Source: an uncultured Eubacteriales bacterium (GTDB lineage: Bacteria > Bacillota > Clostridia > TANB77 > UBA1234). Taken from it: 64,000 nt of DNA. Under the pieces are notes generated by a model. That model saw nothing but the letters and a program-made list of their open reading frames with translations, did not search any database and had not been told where the DNA came from. The stretch lies in assembly GCA_949283575.1 (NCBI GenBank), contig CASDSU010000036.1, positions 132,809 to 196,808 of the forward strand, in the 5' to 3' direction. Below, piece after piece: positions 42,694 to 55,417 of this stretch. The translations under genes were made by a program, and so were the position numbers. How positions within the stretch are numbered: the first letter of the stretch is position 1; every line of letters begins with the position of its first letter.

Positions 42694-43410
42694 ATGGAAG
42701 TAAGATTGCAAAAGTTTTTAGCGGAATGTGGAGTTGCTTCAAGAAGAAAATGTGAAGAAATTATTCTTGCTGGGAAAGTTAAAGTGAATGGAGTTTTGAT
42801 AACTGAGCTTGGAACAAAAATTAATCCAGAAGCTGATATTGTAGAAGTTGATGGGAAAGTTATAAGCTCTGAAAAAAAAGTATACATTCTTTTAAATAAG
42901 CCAGTAGGTTATGTTACAACAATGAGTGATGAAAAAGAACGTCCAACAGTTATGGAACTTTTAGAGGGTGTAAAGGAAAAAGTCGTTCCGGTTGGGAGAT
43001 TAGATATGTTCACTTCTGGTTTGTTACTTCTTTCGAATGATGGTGATTTTGTTTATAAAGTTACTCATCCAAAACATGAAACAACTAAAACTTACATTGT
43101 AAAGACCAGAGGTGTCCCACGTGAGTCAGATTTGGAAAAGTTAAGAGTTGGTGTAAAGATTGAGGATTATACAACATCACCTGCTGAAGTTAATTTACTT
43201 TTGAAAGATAATACAAATAACATTGCAAGAATTTGGATTAGAATTCACGAGGGAAGAAATAGACAAGTTAGAAAAATGTGTGAAGCAATTGGTTTATCTG
43301 TAATAGCACTAAAACGTGAAGGTGTAGGAAATCTAACTTGTGAAGGTGTTGAGCGTGGAAAATGGAGATATTTGACTGATGAAGAAGTTGCAGAAATTTT
43401 AAATGTATAG
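42694..43410 (+). CDS. rluB: RsuA/RluB-family pseudouridine synthase
   Basis: RLQKFLAECGVASRR, PVGRLD, EGRNRQVRKM. Confidence 0.88.
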   Translation: MEVRLQKFLAECGVASRRKCEEIILAGKVKVNGVLITELGTKINPEADIVEVDGKVISSEKKVYILLNKPVGYVTTMSDEKERPTVMELLEGVKEKVVPVGRLDMFTSGLLLLSNDGDFVYKVTHPKHETTKTYIVKTRGVPRESDLEKLRVGVKIEDYTTSPAEVNLLLKDNTNNIARIWIRIHEGRNRQVRKMCEAIGLSVIALKREGVGNLTCEGVERGKWRYLTDEEVAEILNV

Positions 43411-43450
43411 ATTTTAGATAAAAAAGTAACAAAAGAAGGAAGATGTAATT

Positions 43451-44899
43451 ATGGAATATGAAAAAATTAAATTGCCAGTATCTCTTGGCTTAGCTGTAAG
43501 TAAAGCTTTGAAAGAAGAAATGGGTATACAAACAAACATGAATCAATATGGTTTGTTGAGTTTTGCTTTTATGCCAGAAGATCTTGAATTGATTAAAAAG
43601 ATAGAAATTTCAAATATAAAGAAGGAATCTTTAAAGAAAATTGAGCATTTAAAAAATCTTGAAATTTTAATAATTTCTAATGAACATGATGATATTGAAG
43701 GTGGAGAAACAAAAAGTGTTAAAAAGAGTGAAGAGACTCATGAGTCAGAAGAATATTCTATAGAAGATAGAGATTTTATGGATATTGCTAAGTGTGAAAA
43801 ATTAAAGAAACTTGTAATTAAAGCTCAAAATAAATTAAAAAAAATAGACTTGAATTATTTCGAAAACTTAGAATATGTTGAGTTGAGATGTAACAAGAAT
43901 TTAGAGTTCATTGAAGCAGGAAGAAATGTAAAAAATTTAAAAACATTTATATGTTGTGATAATGAAAAAATAAAAAATACTGAAGAAATTGGAAGAATAA
44001 TTGAAAGAAATACTAAACTTTCACAGTTAGAAATTGATGTAATGAATTTTCCGGATGCAATAAAATATGATTATCATAGTGGGGAATATGATTGTGATAT
44101 AGTCCAAAGAATAAAAAATATTCCTGTTGTTAAGTTTGAAGAGTGTTTTGAAGCTGATAGAACGATAAATTTAAATTTGGATAATATGATAAACATGCAT
44201 AATAAAGCTTGCAAAATTTTGCATTTGTATGTTCAAGATACAGCAAATAAAAAGGATTTAATTGTTGGAATTGAAAATTATTTGGCTAAAAATGTTGTAT
44301 ATGATGAAGAAGCTGGTCAACATGTGCATGTTGATATGATAAGGAAAATGTGTGATTCAGATGAACAGATGCAAAAGTTGTATAGATTTTTTAAATCGCC
44401 TACACATGGTGCAAGTGGTGCATATAACGCAATAATGTTTAATCAATGCATATGTGAAGGATATACTCGTGCGATGCAGTATTTATTGAAATTAAAAGGA
44501 ATAAAATCCCATGATGTGTATTGTTTGCCCAAAATAAAGCAGAAGAGTTTTTTTAATACGGCAGAAGAGAACGCTGCAGCGGGTGAATATGAGATTGCAT
44601 TTGATGATGAGTATCACAGCATCCTTTGTATTGATGATTACAATTTACTATATGCAGATCCTTGTTTAGATGCAAAGTTTTATAGAAAAGGAGATAAAAC
44701 TTTACCATTTGTTTTAAAAACTAAAGAAGAGATTGAGCAAACTCATCGATTTGTATCAAACCAAGAAAATGTTTTAAATAGATATTCAGAGCAATCAGAA
44801 CATTCAATAATGAGTTCAATAAGAAATACAGAAGCTTATATTGAAAATCAAATAAGAACAGGTGCGGATGAGCTGGAAATAAGAGGAATGATTAAATAA
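43451..44899 (+). CDS. LRR-like N-terminal region fused to a transglutaminase-like (Cys-His-Asp) domain
   Basis: LxxLxxLxI-type repeats; ICEGYTRAMQYLL, YHSILCI, YADPC. Confidence 0.65.
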   Translation: MEYEKIKLPVSLGLAVSKALKEEMGIQTNMNQYGLLSFAFMPEDLELIKKIEISNIKKESLKKIEHLKNLEILIISNEHDDIEGGETKSVKKSEETHESEEYSIEDRDFMDIAKCEKLKKLVIKAQNKLKKIDLNYFENLEYVELRCNKNLEFIEAGRNVKNLKTFICCDNEKIKNTEEIGRIIERNTKLSQLEIDVMNFPDAIKYDYHSGEYDCDIVQRIKNIPVVKFEECFEADRTINLNLDNMINMHNKACKILHLYVQDTANKKDLIVGIENYLAKNVVYDEEAGQHVHVDMIRKMCDSDEQMQKLYRFFKSPTHGASGAYNAIMFNQCICEGYTRAMQYLLKLKGIKSHDVYCLPKIKQKSFFNTAEENAAAGEYEIAFDDEYHSILCIDDYNLLYADPCLDAKFYRKGDKTLPFVLKTKEEIEQTHRFVSNQENVLNRYSEQSEHSIMSSIRNTEAYIENQIRTGADELEIRGMIK

Positions 44900-44954
44900 G
44901 AATAAAACATCAAAATTAGTTTACATTTTTGAAAAAACGTGGTAAAATTCAAAC

Positions 44955-45221
44955 ATATTGGGAAAGACAAAGAACAAGAGGAGTAAATCAAAAACTACTT
45001 AAAGAGAGGGAAAGTCACCGGCTGTAAGCTTTTCTAAGTGTATGATTGATTGAAGGTAGCTTGGGAGTTGCATTAGCGAAAGATCTGTGAATTTAGTAGT
45101 TAGTGCCGTTTTAAGTGCGTTAAACTTACAATGAGGTAAAAGCTTTTTGAAAGAAGCTTTTATAAATTAAGGTGGTATCACGAGCAAATTCGTCCTTTGG
45201 GAATGAATTTGCTCTTTTTTT
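44955..45221 (+). promoter_or_regulatory. T-box riboswitch leader of valS (GUA Val specifier)
   Basis: AGAGA, GCTG, GAAG-GTA specifier, AGTA/GCCGTT, AAGGTGGTATCACG, terminator; promoter TTTACA(44920)-N17-TAAAAT(44943). Confidence 0.92.
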
Positions 45222-45262
45222 GAAAAAGAACAAAAGCCACGTCCATTTGTCCATTTCCCAAA
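45222..45262. repeat. GGACGT-core hairpin (reverse orientation)
   Basis: gaacaaaa-gccacgtcca-tttgtcc with extended imperfect arms. Confidence 0.55.
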
Positions 45263-45283
45263 AGCGAAAGGAAGGTGAGTCTT

Positions 45284-45469
45284 ATGGGGATTAATTTAAT
45301 AGGTTCGGTGATAGTACTCGTCGGTCTTTGCATGGCACTTGATTCGCGAAGGCTCGTCAAGAAGTACTTTAACTTTGGTGAAGAAAATATAGCCGTTTTA
45401 GGCTTGAAAATAGTTGGCTTTATGATAATTTTTATTGGTGGAATTATCTTGATGGCGAACGTAAAATAA
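45284..45469 (+). CDS. Small 2-TM protein between the T-box and valS
   Basis: GAAGGTGA RBS; MGINLIGSVIVLVGLCMALDSRR...LGLKIVGFMIIFIGGII. Confidence 0.65.
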   Translation: MGINLIGSVIVLVGLCMALDSRRLVKKYFNFGEENIAVLGLKIVGFMIIFIGGIILMANVK

Positions 45470-45485
45470 TTTAGGAGGAGAAAAA

Positions 45486-48107
<2,622 letters not shown>

Positions 48108-48120
48108 TATAAAATAAAAA

Positions 48121-48157
48121 GGGAAGCCCCCGGTGCAGAGCGCACTGGGGGCTTTTG
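48121..48157. terminator. GC-rich bidirectional terminator
   Basis: aagcccccggtgc-agagc-gcactgggggctt. Confidence 0.8.
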
Positions 48158-48186
48158 TCGGTATGTGACTTACATCGAAGAGGTCA

Positions 48187-48975
48187 TCACGCCAGCAACT
48201 TGCGCAGATAGCGGATGTGGAGATCTTCGTGCATGTGGAGCTCGTAGAGCCTAGCGGCGAGCTTACACAGGAAATACCTGTAGGTAACGTCGCAGAGCAA
48301 ATCGTAGGCATCCTCATCGATTACCAGGCGGAAGAAGTTCTCCAAAGAGCAGACTTCGTATTCGCCGAAATCGGGATTGATGCTGATACGGCACTTGCCG
48401 AGCTCGAAATAGGTACGGAGCGTCTCGAGTTCGAAAATCGAACGCATAGAGAGACACTCCTCACGGATGAAACGCGCGGAGCATTCGTCGAACAGGTAGA
48501 GGACCAGGGCGTCGTTATGCCACGGTTCCATCAGTTCGAAGTTGCCATAGTCGTAGTCATCGTAGTAGACACCGACCGGAGCAACAGACTGTTCGGCACG
48601 AACGTCATAGATGTCAGTCTTGAAGAACAAGCTCATCTCGTTCTTTTTCGCGTTGTCGAGCAGCTTGTGGCGGTCGCCACGATTATACATTTTGTGGCAG
48701 TGCTCCCAGTACTGAGCCTTCAGCGTTCCACGCTTGTCGCGAGAGGACGTACGACGCTTGAACCGGTTGTAGCGACGGGTAGCCTTCTTCTGCTGGTGCA
48801 GGATGAAAGCGGCCATCTGCTCGTTTTCGGCATGGGCGTCAGCTTCGAGCATTTCAGCGATACATTCGCGTTCGAAATCCTCGAAAAGGCAACCATCGCT
48901 GGTCATATCGTCATAATCGGCGAAGATGGCCATGCTGATCTGATTGTCAGGGATAAACGTCGTGTTTTCGTACAC
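48187..48975 (-). CDS. Orphan ~262-aa protein with strongly GC-shifted codon usage
   Basis: AAGGAGG RBS 8 nt before GTG 48975; promoter TTTATT-N17-TATAAT (49014-49042); consistent C-ending codons. Confidence 0.7.
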   Translation of the reverse strand: MYENTTFIPDNQISMAIFADYDDMTSDGCLFEDFERECIAEMLEADAHAENEQMAAFILHQQKKATRRYNRFKRRTSSRDKRGTLKAQYWEHCHKMYNRGDRHKLLDNAKKNEMSLFFKTDIYDVRAEQSVAPVGVYYDDYDYGNFELMEPWHNDALVLYLFDECSARFIREECLSMRSIFELETLRTYFELGKCRISINPDFGEYEVCSLENFFRLVIDEDAYDLLCDVTYRYFLCKLAARLYELHMHEDLHIRYLRKLLA

Positions 48976-49097
48976 TGAACATACCTCCTTGAATAAATAA
49001 TGGGTCCAATACAATTATACCACGTTTTTAATGGAAAATAAAGCAAAAAAAAGCCGAAAACAAATCCGGCAGTCGTTTCGGGAGTAAAGACAGCTTA

Positions 49098-49343
49098 TCA
49101 GAGTACATACTCGATGATAAGCAGGACGACAATCACCGCAAGGATGATGTTCATCCAATCCGACGCAGAGCGCTTGGCATGCTGCCAGCGTTCGGTAGCC
49201 GTAGTATAATTTCTCGGCTGCGTATGGTCGTCATAACGCCTTGCAGCAGAGTCTACACCACGGATGACGGTTCGCCATGCCCACCGAATGACACGGAAAA
49301 GCACGTAAACCATGAGAATGGGAAAGATTAGACTAAGAATCAT
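49098..49343 (-). CDS. Orphan 81-aa protein with two TM segments, GC-shifted
   Basis: GGGGG RBS, promoter TTGAAT-N17-TATAAT (49393-49421), gccgga/ttcggc terminator. Confidence 0.65.
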   Translation of the reverse strand: MILSLIFPILMVYVLFRVIRWAWRTVIRGVDSAARRYDDHTQPRNYTTATERWQHAKRSASDWMNIILAVIVVLLIIEYVL

Positions 49344-49546
49344 ATTCCCAAAAACCCCCCTTATTTATGATTGTTCAGCAGAACGTATATATATTATAAC
49401 TTAAAAATGCTAAAAATTCAATTGATTTACATATTTTAAGATGAAAATCTATAAATTACTGTAAATTTTAGGAAAACTTTACTAAAATTCTTGAAATGAA
49501 ATTTGTTAATATTTATACTAATAATTGAAAAAATATAAAAAGGAGA

Positions 49547-50329
49547 ATGCAAATGAAAAACATTAAAATTATTTTTTTAATTATGGCTCTTGCCGTTATA
49601 GCTTTATGCTTTGTAGGGTGTAAAGATAAAACTCAAAATAATAATGAAATTGTTAGTGGAGACGTTAATAATGAGTTAATTAGTGGAGATGAAGAAGTAA
49701 AAGTAGATGAAGAGTTAATATATGAAGAATATGAAGAGTTAATTGAAATTATTCCAGAAGAAATTCAAGCTTATGGTGGTGCAATAAATTCAATTGGATT
49801 ATTTTTTGGAGAATCTAGTGAAGCTGATCCTGGTGATTATGGTGTTTCAACACTAATAACAGATAAGAAAGGGCTTGCAAATCCTTTAGCAACATTAGGA
49901 TATGTGTTGGTTGATGTAAATGGAGATGAAAATGATGAATTCCTAATATACGACATGAATGCAGAAGAATCAATGAAAAATGTAATAGTTTCTTTATATA
50001 CTTTAAGTGGTGATGAGCAAGAAACAGAGGTATACCATGTATTGAACTCTTATAATACAGATATATATGAATTGTGTGAAAACAATGTATTACGTTTATC
50101 TACTATGGGAGAAGAAGTTAATGCAACATTATATTGCAAAATAGATGAATCTTTGAAAATAATACCGATTGAAAGAATAGAAGTATTTTCGAATGAAGAT
50201 GGAACTATTTCAAATGTACATTATGTTGGTGAATCAGAAGAAGGAACTACAATTTCGAATGAAGAAGTTAATAATATAAATAATAAATATGTATTAAAAA
50301 ATGTAACAATTTCTTCTATAATAAAATAA
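49547..50329 (+). CDS. Acidic lipoprotein of unknown function
   Basis: Signal peptide with FVG-C lipobox; DVNGDENDE Ca-binding-like loop. Confidence 0.75.
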   Translation: MQMKNIKIIFLIMALAVIALCFVGCKDKTQNNNEIVSGDVNNELISGDEEVKVDEELIYEEYEELIEIIPEEIQAYGGAINSIGLFFGESSEADPGDYGVSTLITDKKGLANPLATLGYVLVDVNGDENDEFLIYDMNAEESMKNVIVSLYTLSGDEQETEVYHVLNSYNTDIYELCENNVLRLSTMGEEVNATLYCKIDESLKIIPIERIEVFSNEDGTISNVHYVGESEEGTTISNEEVNNINNKYVLKNVTISSIIK

Positions 50330-50349
50330 ATTTAATATAATTGAAATTA

Positions 50350-50397
50350 AGAAAGTTTGTCGAAAGAATAATATATTTCGGCAAACTTTTTCTTTTT
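50350..50397 (+). terminator. Intrinsic terminator
   Basis: aaagtttgtcgaaa...tttcggcaaacttt followed by T-run. Confidence 0.65.
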
Positions 50398-50443
50398 AAT
50401 TTTGTATTATATGTATAAATTCATACAAAGGAGGAAATAATAA

Positions 50444-50779
50444 ATGATTATGAATTATAATGAGTCCACGAGAACATTGATTATTAATTTTGATGGAGAA
50501 ATTGATCATCATTCGTGTAATGAAATTGCAGCTATATCTGATAATGCAATAAAAAAATATCTTCCAATAAAGGTAATATTTGATTTTAAAAATGTAAAAT
50601 TTATGGATAGTGCTGGGATTGGAATGCTTATAGGGAGATATAAGCAACTTATGCGCTTTGATGGAAAAGCGGAGATGATTAATGTTAATAACGATATTAA
50701 GCGAATTTTTAGTATGGTAGGAATTTTTAAAATAATTCCGTTAGTTGATGAAAATACAGAGACTTTGGCAAATTTATAA
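50444..50779 (+). CDS. spoIIAA: Anti-anti-sigma F factor SpoIIAA
   Basis: GEIDHH, FMDSAGIGMLIGRYK. Confidence 0.95.
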   Translation: MIMNYNESTRTLIINFDGEIDHHSCNEIAAISDNAIKKYLPIKVIFDFKNVKFMDSAGIGMLIGRYKQLMRFDGKAEMINVNNDIKRIFSMVGIFKIIPLVDENTETLANL

Positions 50780-50812
50780 TTTGAAAATTGAAATAAGGAG
50801 AGATGTTTTAGA

Positions 50813-51238
50813 ATGGAAAATGAGATGAAATTAGAATTTAAAAGTAAGTCTTCTAATGAAGCTTTTGCTAGAATTACAGTTGCAGCTTTTGCATCAGAAT
50901 TAAATCCAACATTAGAAGAAATATCAGATATAAAGACTGCTGTTTCGGAAGCAGTTACAAATAGTATAATTCACGGATATGAGGGACAAGATGGAATAAT
51001 ACATATTAATTGTAAAATAAAAGAGAGGACTTTAGAGATAGAAGTAATTGATTATGGAAAAGGAATTGAAAATATAGAGATTGCTAAACAACCTTTATAT
51101 ACAAGTAAACCCGAACTTGATAGATCAGGAATGGGTTTTACGATAATGGAGAATTTCATGGATGAATTTAAACTTGAATCAATTGTTGATGTTGGAACAA
51201 AAATAAAAATGAAGAAGACGATTAAGGAGGCACTATGA
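50813..51238 (+). CDS. spoIIAB: Anti-sigma F factor SpoIIAB
   Basis: [28 protein letters not shown]. Confidence 0.96.
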   Translation: MENEMKLEFKSKSSNEAFARITVAAFASELNPTLEEISDIKTAVSEAVTNSIIHGYEGQDGIIHINCKIKERTLEIEVIDYGKGIENIEIAKQPLYTSKPELDRSGMGFTIMENFMDEFKLESIVDVGTKIKMKKTIKEAL

Positions 51239-51937
51239 CCAAATTAATCTTACGTGCTCAAAATCGGTGATAACACAGCAATGAACGAAATAATAAGCGA
51301 AAACGTAGGATTAGTATGGAATGTGGTAAAAAGATTTGCAAACAGAGGATATGAATTAGATGATTTATTTCAGATTGGAAGTATTGGATTGGTAAAAGCA
51401 ATAAAACGATTTGATGTAAATTATGAAACTCAACTTTCTACATATGCGGTATCAATGATAATTGGTGAGATAAGACGTTTTTTGAGGGATGATGGAATGA
51501 TAAAGGTAAGTCGTTCTTTAAAAGAAACAGCGGCTAAAGTTAGAGAAATTCAAAGGAGTGAACCTGATAAAGATTTTACACTTGAAGAACTTTCTGAAAA
51601 ATTAGGTTTAGAGAAAAATGATATAGTAATGGCTTTGGATGCAACAAATGCGGTAGAGTCGCTAGACAAACCAATTGGAGATGATAAAGATAGTAAAACA
51701 ATAGGTGAAGGAATTGCATATAATAAAAATGAATATGATGAATTGTTGGATAAAATTACGCTGAGTAATATGCTCGATTGTCTAGATGAAAAGGAAAAAA
51801 AAGTAATTATTTACAGATATTATAGAGAAATGACGCAATCAAAAGTTGCAGAAATTTATGGAACATCACAAGTTCAAGTTTCAAGGATTGAGAAGAAAGC
51901 GCTCGCTAAGATGAGGTGCGCAAATGTTGACAAATAG
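51235..51937 (+). CDS. sigF: Sporulation sigma factor F; needs a +1 shift at codon 11 (AAT-CGG-T)
   Basis: Third gene of the spoIIA operon; [33 protein letters not shown]; AAGGAGG + ATG 51235 overlapping the spoIIAB stop. Confidence 0.95.
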
Positions 51938-51979
51938 CGACAAATAGCGTATTCTAGCAATTAGGGAGAGTGATGAATT

Positions 51980-52753
51980 TTGAAGAAAATTAAGCAAAAA
52001 AATCTGAAAAAAGAATTGTCGAAAGAAGAAAAACAAGAAAAATTAGTTAACATAATTGGGAAAATAGTTCTTATAAGTTTGATATTACCAATAGGTTTTT
52101 TGTTGGTAAGGATTGCTATGATTGATAAAGGCTATACAGATCCTTTAACTAACAGATCAAGAAGTGATTACGTTCTTATGATTATTCAATGTATACTTGG
52201 AATATTTGCATTAACACTTCCTAATATGCTATTCAAAAAGAAAATTCAAATTCCAACAAATATGTATATGCTTTACATGATATTTTTGTATTGTGCTATT
52301 TGTTTAGGTGAGCTTAGAAGTTTTTATTATAGGATTCCAAATTGGGATACAATTCTTCATACCTTCAGTGGAGGTATGATGGGAGCTTTAGGATTTTCGT
52401 TTGTATCATTACTTAATAAAACTGAAAATTTTCATCTTAAATTGACTCCTGGTTTTGTTGCAATTTTTTCTTTTATGCTTTCTACAACTTTAGGTGTTTT
52501 ATGGGAAGTATATGAATTTGCATTCGATGGTATTCTTGGTCTTAACATGCAAAAATTTATGTTGGAATCAGGTGAAATGTTAGTGGGAAGAGCAGCGGTT
52601 GTTGATACGATGGAAGATTTAATTGTCGATATGTTTGGTGCATTTGTAATGAGCATTATAGGATATATATCTTTGAAATATAAAAAAGGTTGGGTTGAAA
52701 AATTAATAATAAAAGTAAAAAAGCATGGAGTGCACAATGGGGATGTCCGTTAA
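51980..52753 (+). CDS. Integral membrane protein (DUF2238-like)
   Basis: WDTILHTFSG, LWEVYEF, DTMEDL, multiple TM. Confidence 0.75.
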   Translation: MKKIKQKNLKKELSKEEKQEKLVNIIGKIVLISLILPIGFLLVRIAMIDKGYTDPLTNRSRSDYVLMIIQCILGIFALTLPNMLFKKKIQIPTNMYMLYMIFLYCAICLGELRSFYYRIPNWDTILHTFSGGMMGALGFSFVSLLNKTENFHLKLTPGFVAIFSFMLSTTLGVLWEVYEFAFDGILGLNMQKFMLESGEMLVGRAAVVDTMEDLIVDMFGAFVMSIIGYISLKYKKGWVEKLIIKVKKHGVHNGDVR

Positions 52754-52770
52754 ATGTGCATTTTAAATGT
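52722..52770. repeat. Degenerate GGA(C/T)GT-core hairpin overlapping the stop of the upstream gene
   Basis: gagtgcaca-atggggatgtccgttaaa-tgtgcattt. Confidence 0.45.
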
Positions 52771-52790
52771 TGAATATGAGGGGATAATAG

Positions 52791-55397
52791 ATGAAAAAAG
52801 AAAAGTTTGAAATACAAGGTATGACTTGTAGTAGTTGTAGTGCACATGTAGAAAAAGCGGTAAGAAAACTTGAAGGTGTAAATTCTGTGGAAGTAAACTT
52901 GATTTCAAATAACATGGTTGTCGAGTTTGATGAAAATAAATTATCAAGTGAATTAATTATAAAAGCGGTAGCTGGCGCTGGCTATGGTGCTTGTGAATTT
53001 AATACGAATAAGAATTTGGATGAGAAAAAAACGTCGGATAATACATATAAAAAAGAAATAAATGAGAATATAAAGAAAATGAAAAAACGTTTGATATTAT
53101 CGTTTGTTTTTTTAATTCCGCTTATGTATGTTGCGATGCATCATATGTTAAGTAGTACATTAGTTCCAAATTTTATTTCTGAAATTTTTGATGGAGCTGA
53201 GAACGCTTTGAAGTTTGCGCTAACCCAGTTTGTTTTATTGATTCCTATAATAATTTTGAATAGAAATTATTTTATAAATGGATTTAAAAGATTGATCAAA
53301 CGTGCACCTAATATGGATTCTTTGATTGCTATTGGAAGTTTTGCAGCTACAGCATATGGCTTTTTAGCGATTTATATGATTGCCACGGGGCTTAAGAATG
53401 GCGATATGGCGCAGGTTGAAAAGTATATGCATGATATATATTTTGAGTCAGCAGGTACAATTTTGACTTTGATAACGTTGGGAAAATACTTAGAAACAAA
53501 GTCAAAAGGAAAGACAAATGAAGCAATAACGAAACTTGTAAATCTTGTTCCTAAAACAGCGGTTGTATTTAGAGCAGGGAAAGAGATTGAAATTGATGTT
53601 AGTGATATAAATAAAGATGAAATTGTATTAATAAAGCCAGGGAGTAATATTCCAGTTGATGGAGTTATTGTTGAAGGTGAATCTGCGATAGATGAATCTA
53701 GCATAACTGGTGAAAGTATTCCGCTAGATAAAAAAGTAGGAGAGAAAGTTATAGCCGGAACCGTAAATAAAAATGGATTCTTGAAAATTAAAGCTACTAA
53801 AGTTGGCGAAAATACTACAATTGCACAAATTATAAAACTTGTTGAAGAAGCAAGTAATTCCAAGGCGCCAATATCAAAGCTTGCTGATAAAGTGAGCGGA
53901 GTGTTTGTTCCAGTAGTTATTACAATTGCTATTATAACTATCTTTGTATGGCTAATTGCGGGACAATCATTCGAATTTGCACTTAGTACAGGCATCGCAG
54001 TGCTTGTTATTTCTTGTCCTTGTGCGCTTGGACTTGCGGTTCCTGTAGCAATAATGGTTGGAACAGGTAAAGGTGCAGAAAAAGGTATTTTGATTAAATC
54101 AGCGGAAAGTTTGGAAATGCTTCATTTAATAGATATGGTAGTACTTGATAAAACAGGAACAATAACAGAAGGTAAGCCGAAAGTTATTGACATAATCTCT
54201 TTTGAGAATGAAGATAAATTAAAGCTTCTTGAATATGCTGCTACAATAGAAAAAAATTCTGAGCATCCTCTTGCGAATGCTATTTTAGAAAAAGCTACTC
54301 AAGAGAATGTTAAAACTTCTGAAGTTAAGAATTTCAAAGCGATTTCTGGTAGAGGGGTTGAAGCTTTTATAGATGACGTAAAATTCATAGGCGGAAATTA
54401 TGCATTTATGGTAGAAAATGAAGTTGATTTAAAATCACTAAAAAGTAGAAATAAAAAGTTTGAAGAGCAAGGAAAAACAGTATTGTATTTTGCAAAAGAA
54501 AAGACTTTGCTTGGTTTCATACTTGTTGCAGACACAGTTAAAGAATCTAGTAAAGAAGCAATTGAAGCTTTTAGAAAAATGAATTTGGAAATAGCGATGT
54601 TAACTGGTGATAATAAATCGGTTGCGAATTCTATAGCAAGCGAATTGGAAATAACAAATGTTTTTTCAGAAGTATTACCTCAAGATAAAGAAAGAATAGT
54701 AAGGGAGTTTCAGAAAAAAGGTAAAAAAGTAGCTTTTGTTGGAGATGGAATTAATGATAGTCCTGCATTAGTACGTGCGGATATTGGGATTGCGATAGGT
54801 CAAGGAACAGATATTGCAATAGAATCAGCAGATATTGTTTTAATCAAAAATTCTCTAACTGATGTTGTTATAGCATTAGAACTAGGAAAAGAAGTTATGA
54901 GAAAAATAAGACAAAACTTGTTTTGGGCGTTTTTCTATAATATAATCGGTATTCCAGTAGCAGCGGGTGTTTTGTATCCAATATGGCAAATAAAGCTAAA
55001 TCCTATGATTGGTGCTGCTGCGATGAGCTTTAGCTCGGTAAGTGTTGTAACAAACGCGTTGTTGTTAAAGCGTTTTAAGTCTAAATATATTACAAAAACA
55101 GTTAGTGAAAATTTGCGAGAAGATGCGAAAAAATGTGAAAATGTGTGTGAAATAAAATTTGATGAAAAAGAGGAGAAGAATGTTATGAAAAAAATTATAG
55201 TTGTTGAGGGAATGAGCTGCAATCATTGTAAAATGGCAGTAGAAAAAGTTTTGAAGAAATTTGAAAATGTAGTGAGCGCAGAAGTTGATTTAGAAAACAA
55301 AACAGCAATCGTTGAGTTTGAGGGTATTTTAGAGAACGAAAAAATAACAGAAGCTATAAAAGAAGAAGGTTTTGAAGTAGTTAAGATTGAAGAATAA
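52791..55397 (+). CDS. copA: Copper-translocating P1B-type ATPase with N- and C-terminal HMA domains
   Basis: GMTCSSC, TGES, CPCALG, DKTGT, SEHPL, GDGIND, YN, GMSCNHC. Confidence 0.92.
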   Translation: MKKEKFEIQGMTCSSCSAHVEKAVRKLEGVNSVEVNLISNNMVVEFDENKLSSELIIKAVAGAGYGACEFNTNKNLDEKKTSDNTYKKEINENIKKMKKRLILSFVFLIPLMYVAMHHMLSSTLVPNFISEIFDGAENALKFALTQFVLLIPIIILNRNYFINGFKRLIKRAPNMDSLIAIGSFAATAYGFLAIYMIATGLKNGDMAQVEKYMHDIYFESAGTILTLITLGKYLETKSKGKTNEAITKLVNLVPKTAVVFRAGKEIEIDVSDINKDEIVLIKPGSNIPVDGVIVEGESAIDESSITGESIPLDKKVGEKVIAGTVNKNGFLKIKATKVGENTTIAQIIKLVEEASNSKAPISKLADKVSGVFVPVVITIAIITIFVWLIAGQSFEFALSTGIAVLVISCPCALGLAVPVAIMVGTGKGAEKGILIKSAESLEMLHLIDMVVLDKTGTITEGKPKVIDIISFENEDKLKLLEYAATIEKNSEHPLANAILEKATQENVKTSEVKNFKAISGRGVEAFIDDVKFIGGNYAFMVENEVDLKSLKSRNKKFEEQGKTVLYFAKEKTLLGFILVADTVKESSKEAIEAFRKMNLEIAMLTGDNKSVANSIASELEITNVFSEVLPQDKERIVREFQKKGKKVAFVGDGINDSPALVRADIGIAIGQGTDIAIESADIVLIKNSLTDVVIALELGKEVMRKIRQNLFWAFFYNIIGIPVAAGVLYPIWQIKLNPMIGAAAMSFSSVSVVTNALLLKRFKSKYITKTVSENLREDAKKCENVCEIKFDEKEEKNVMKKIIVVEGMSCNHCKMAVEKVLKKFENVVSAEVDLENKTAIVEFEGILENEKITEAIKEEGFEVVKIEE

Positions 55398-55417
55398 AGA
55401 TAGTTAGGAGCATGTTT

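Noticed and set aside
48217-48978. 253-aa plus-strand ORF
   Set aside because: Antisense shadow of the GC-rich minus-strand gene, which has the RBS, promoter and consistent codon bias. Stop-free antisense frames are common in such DNA.
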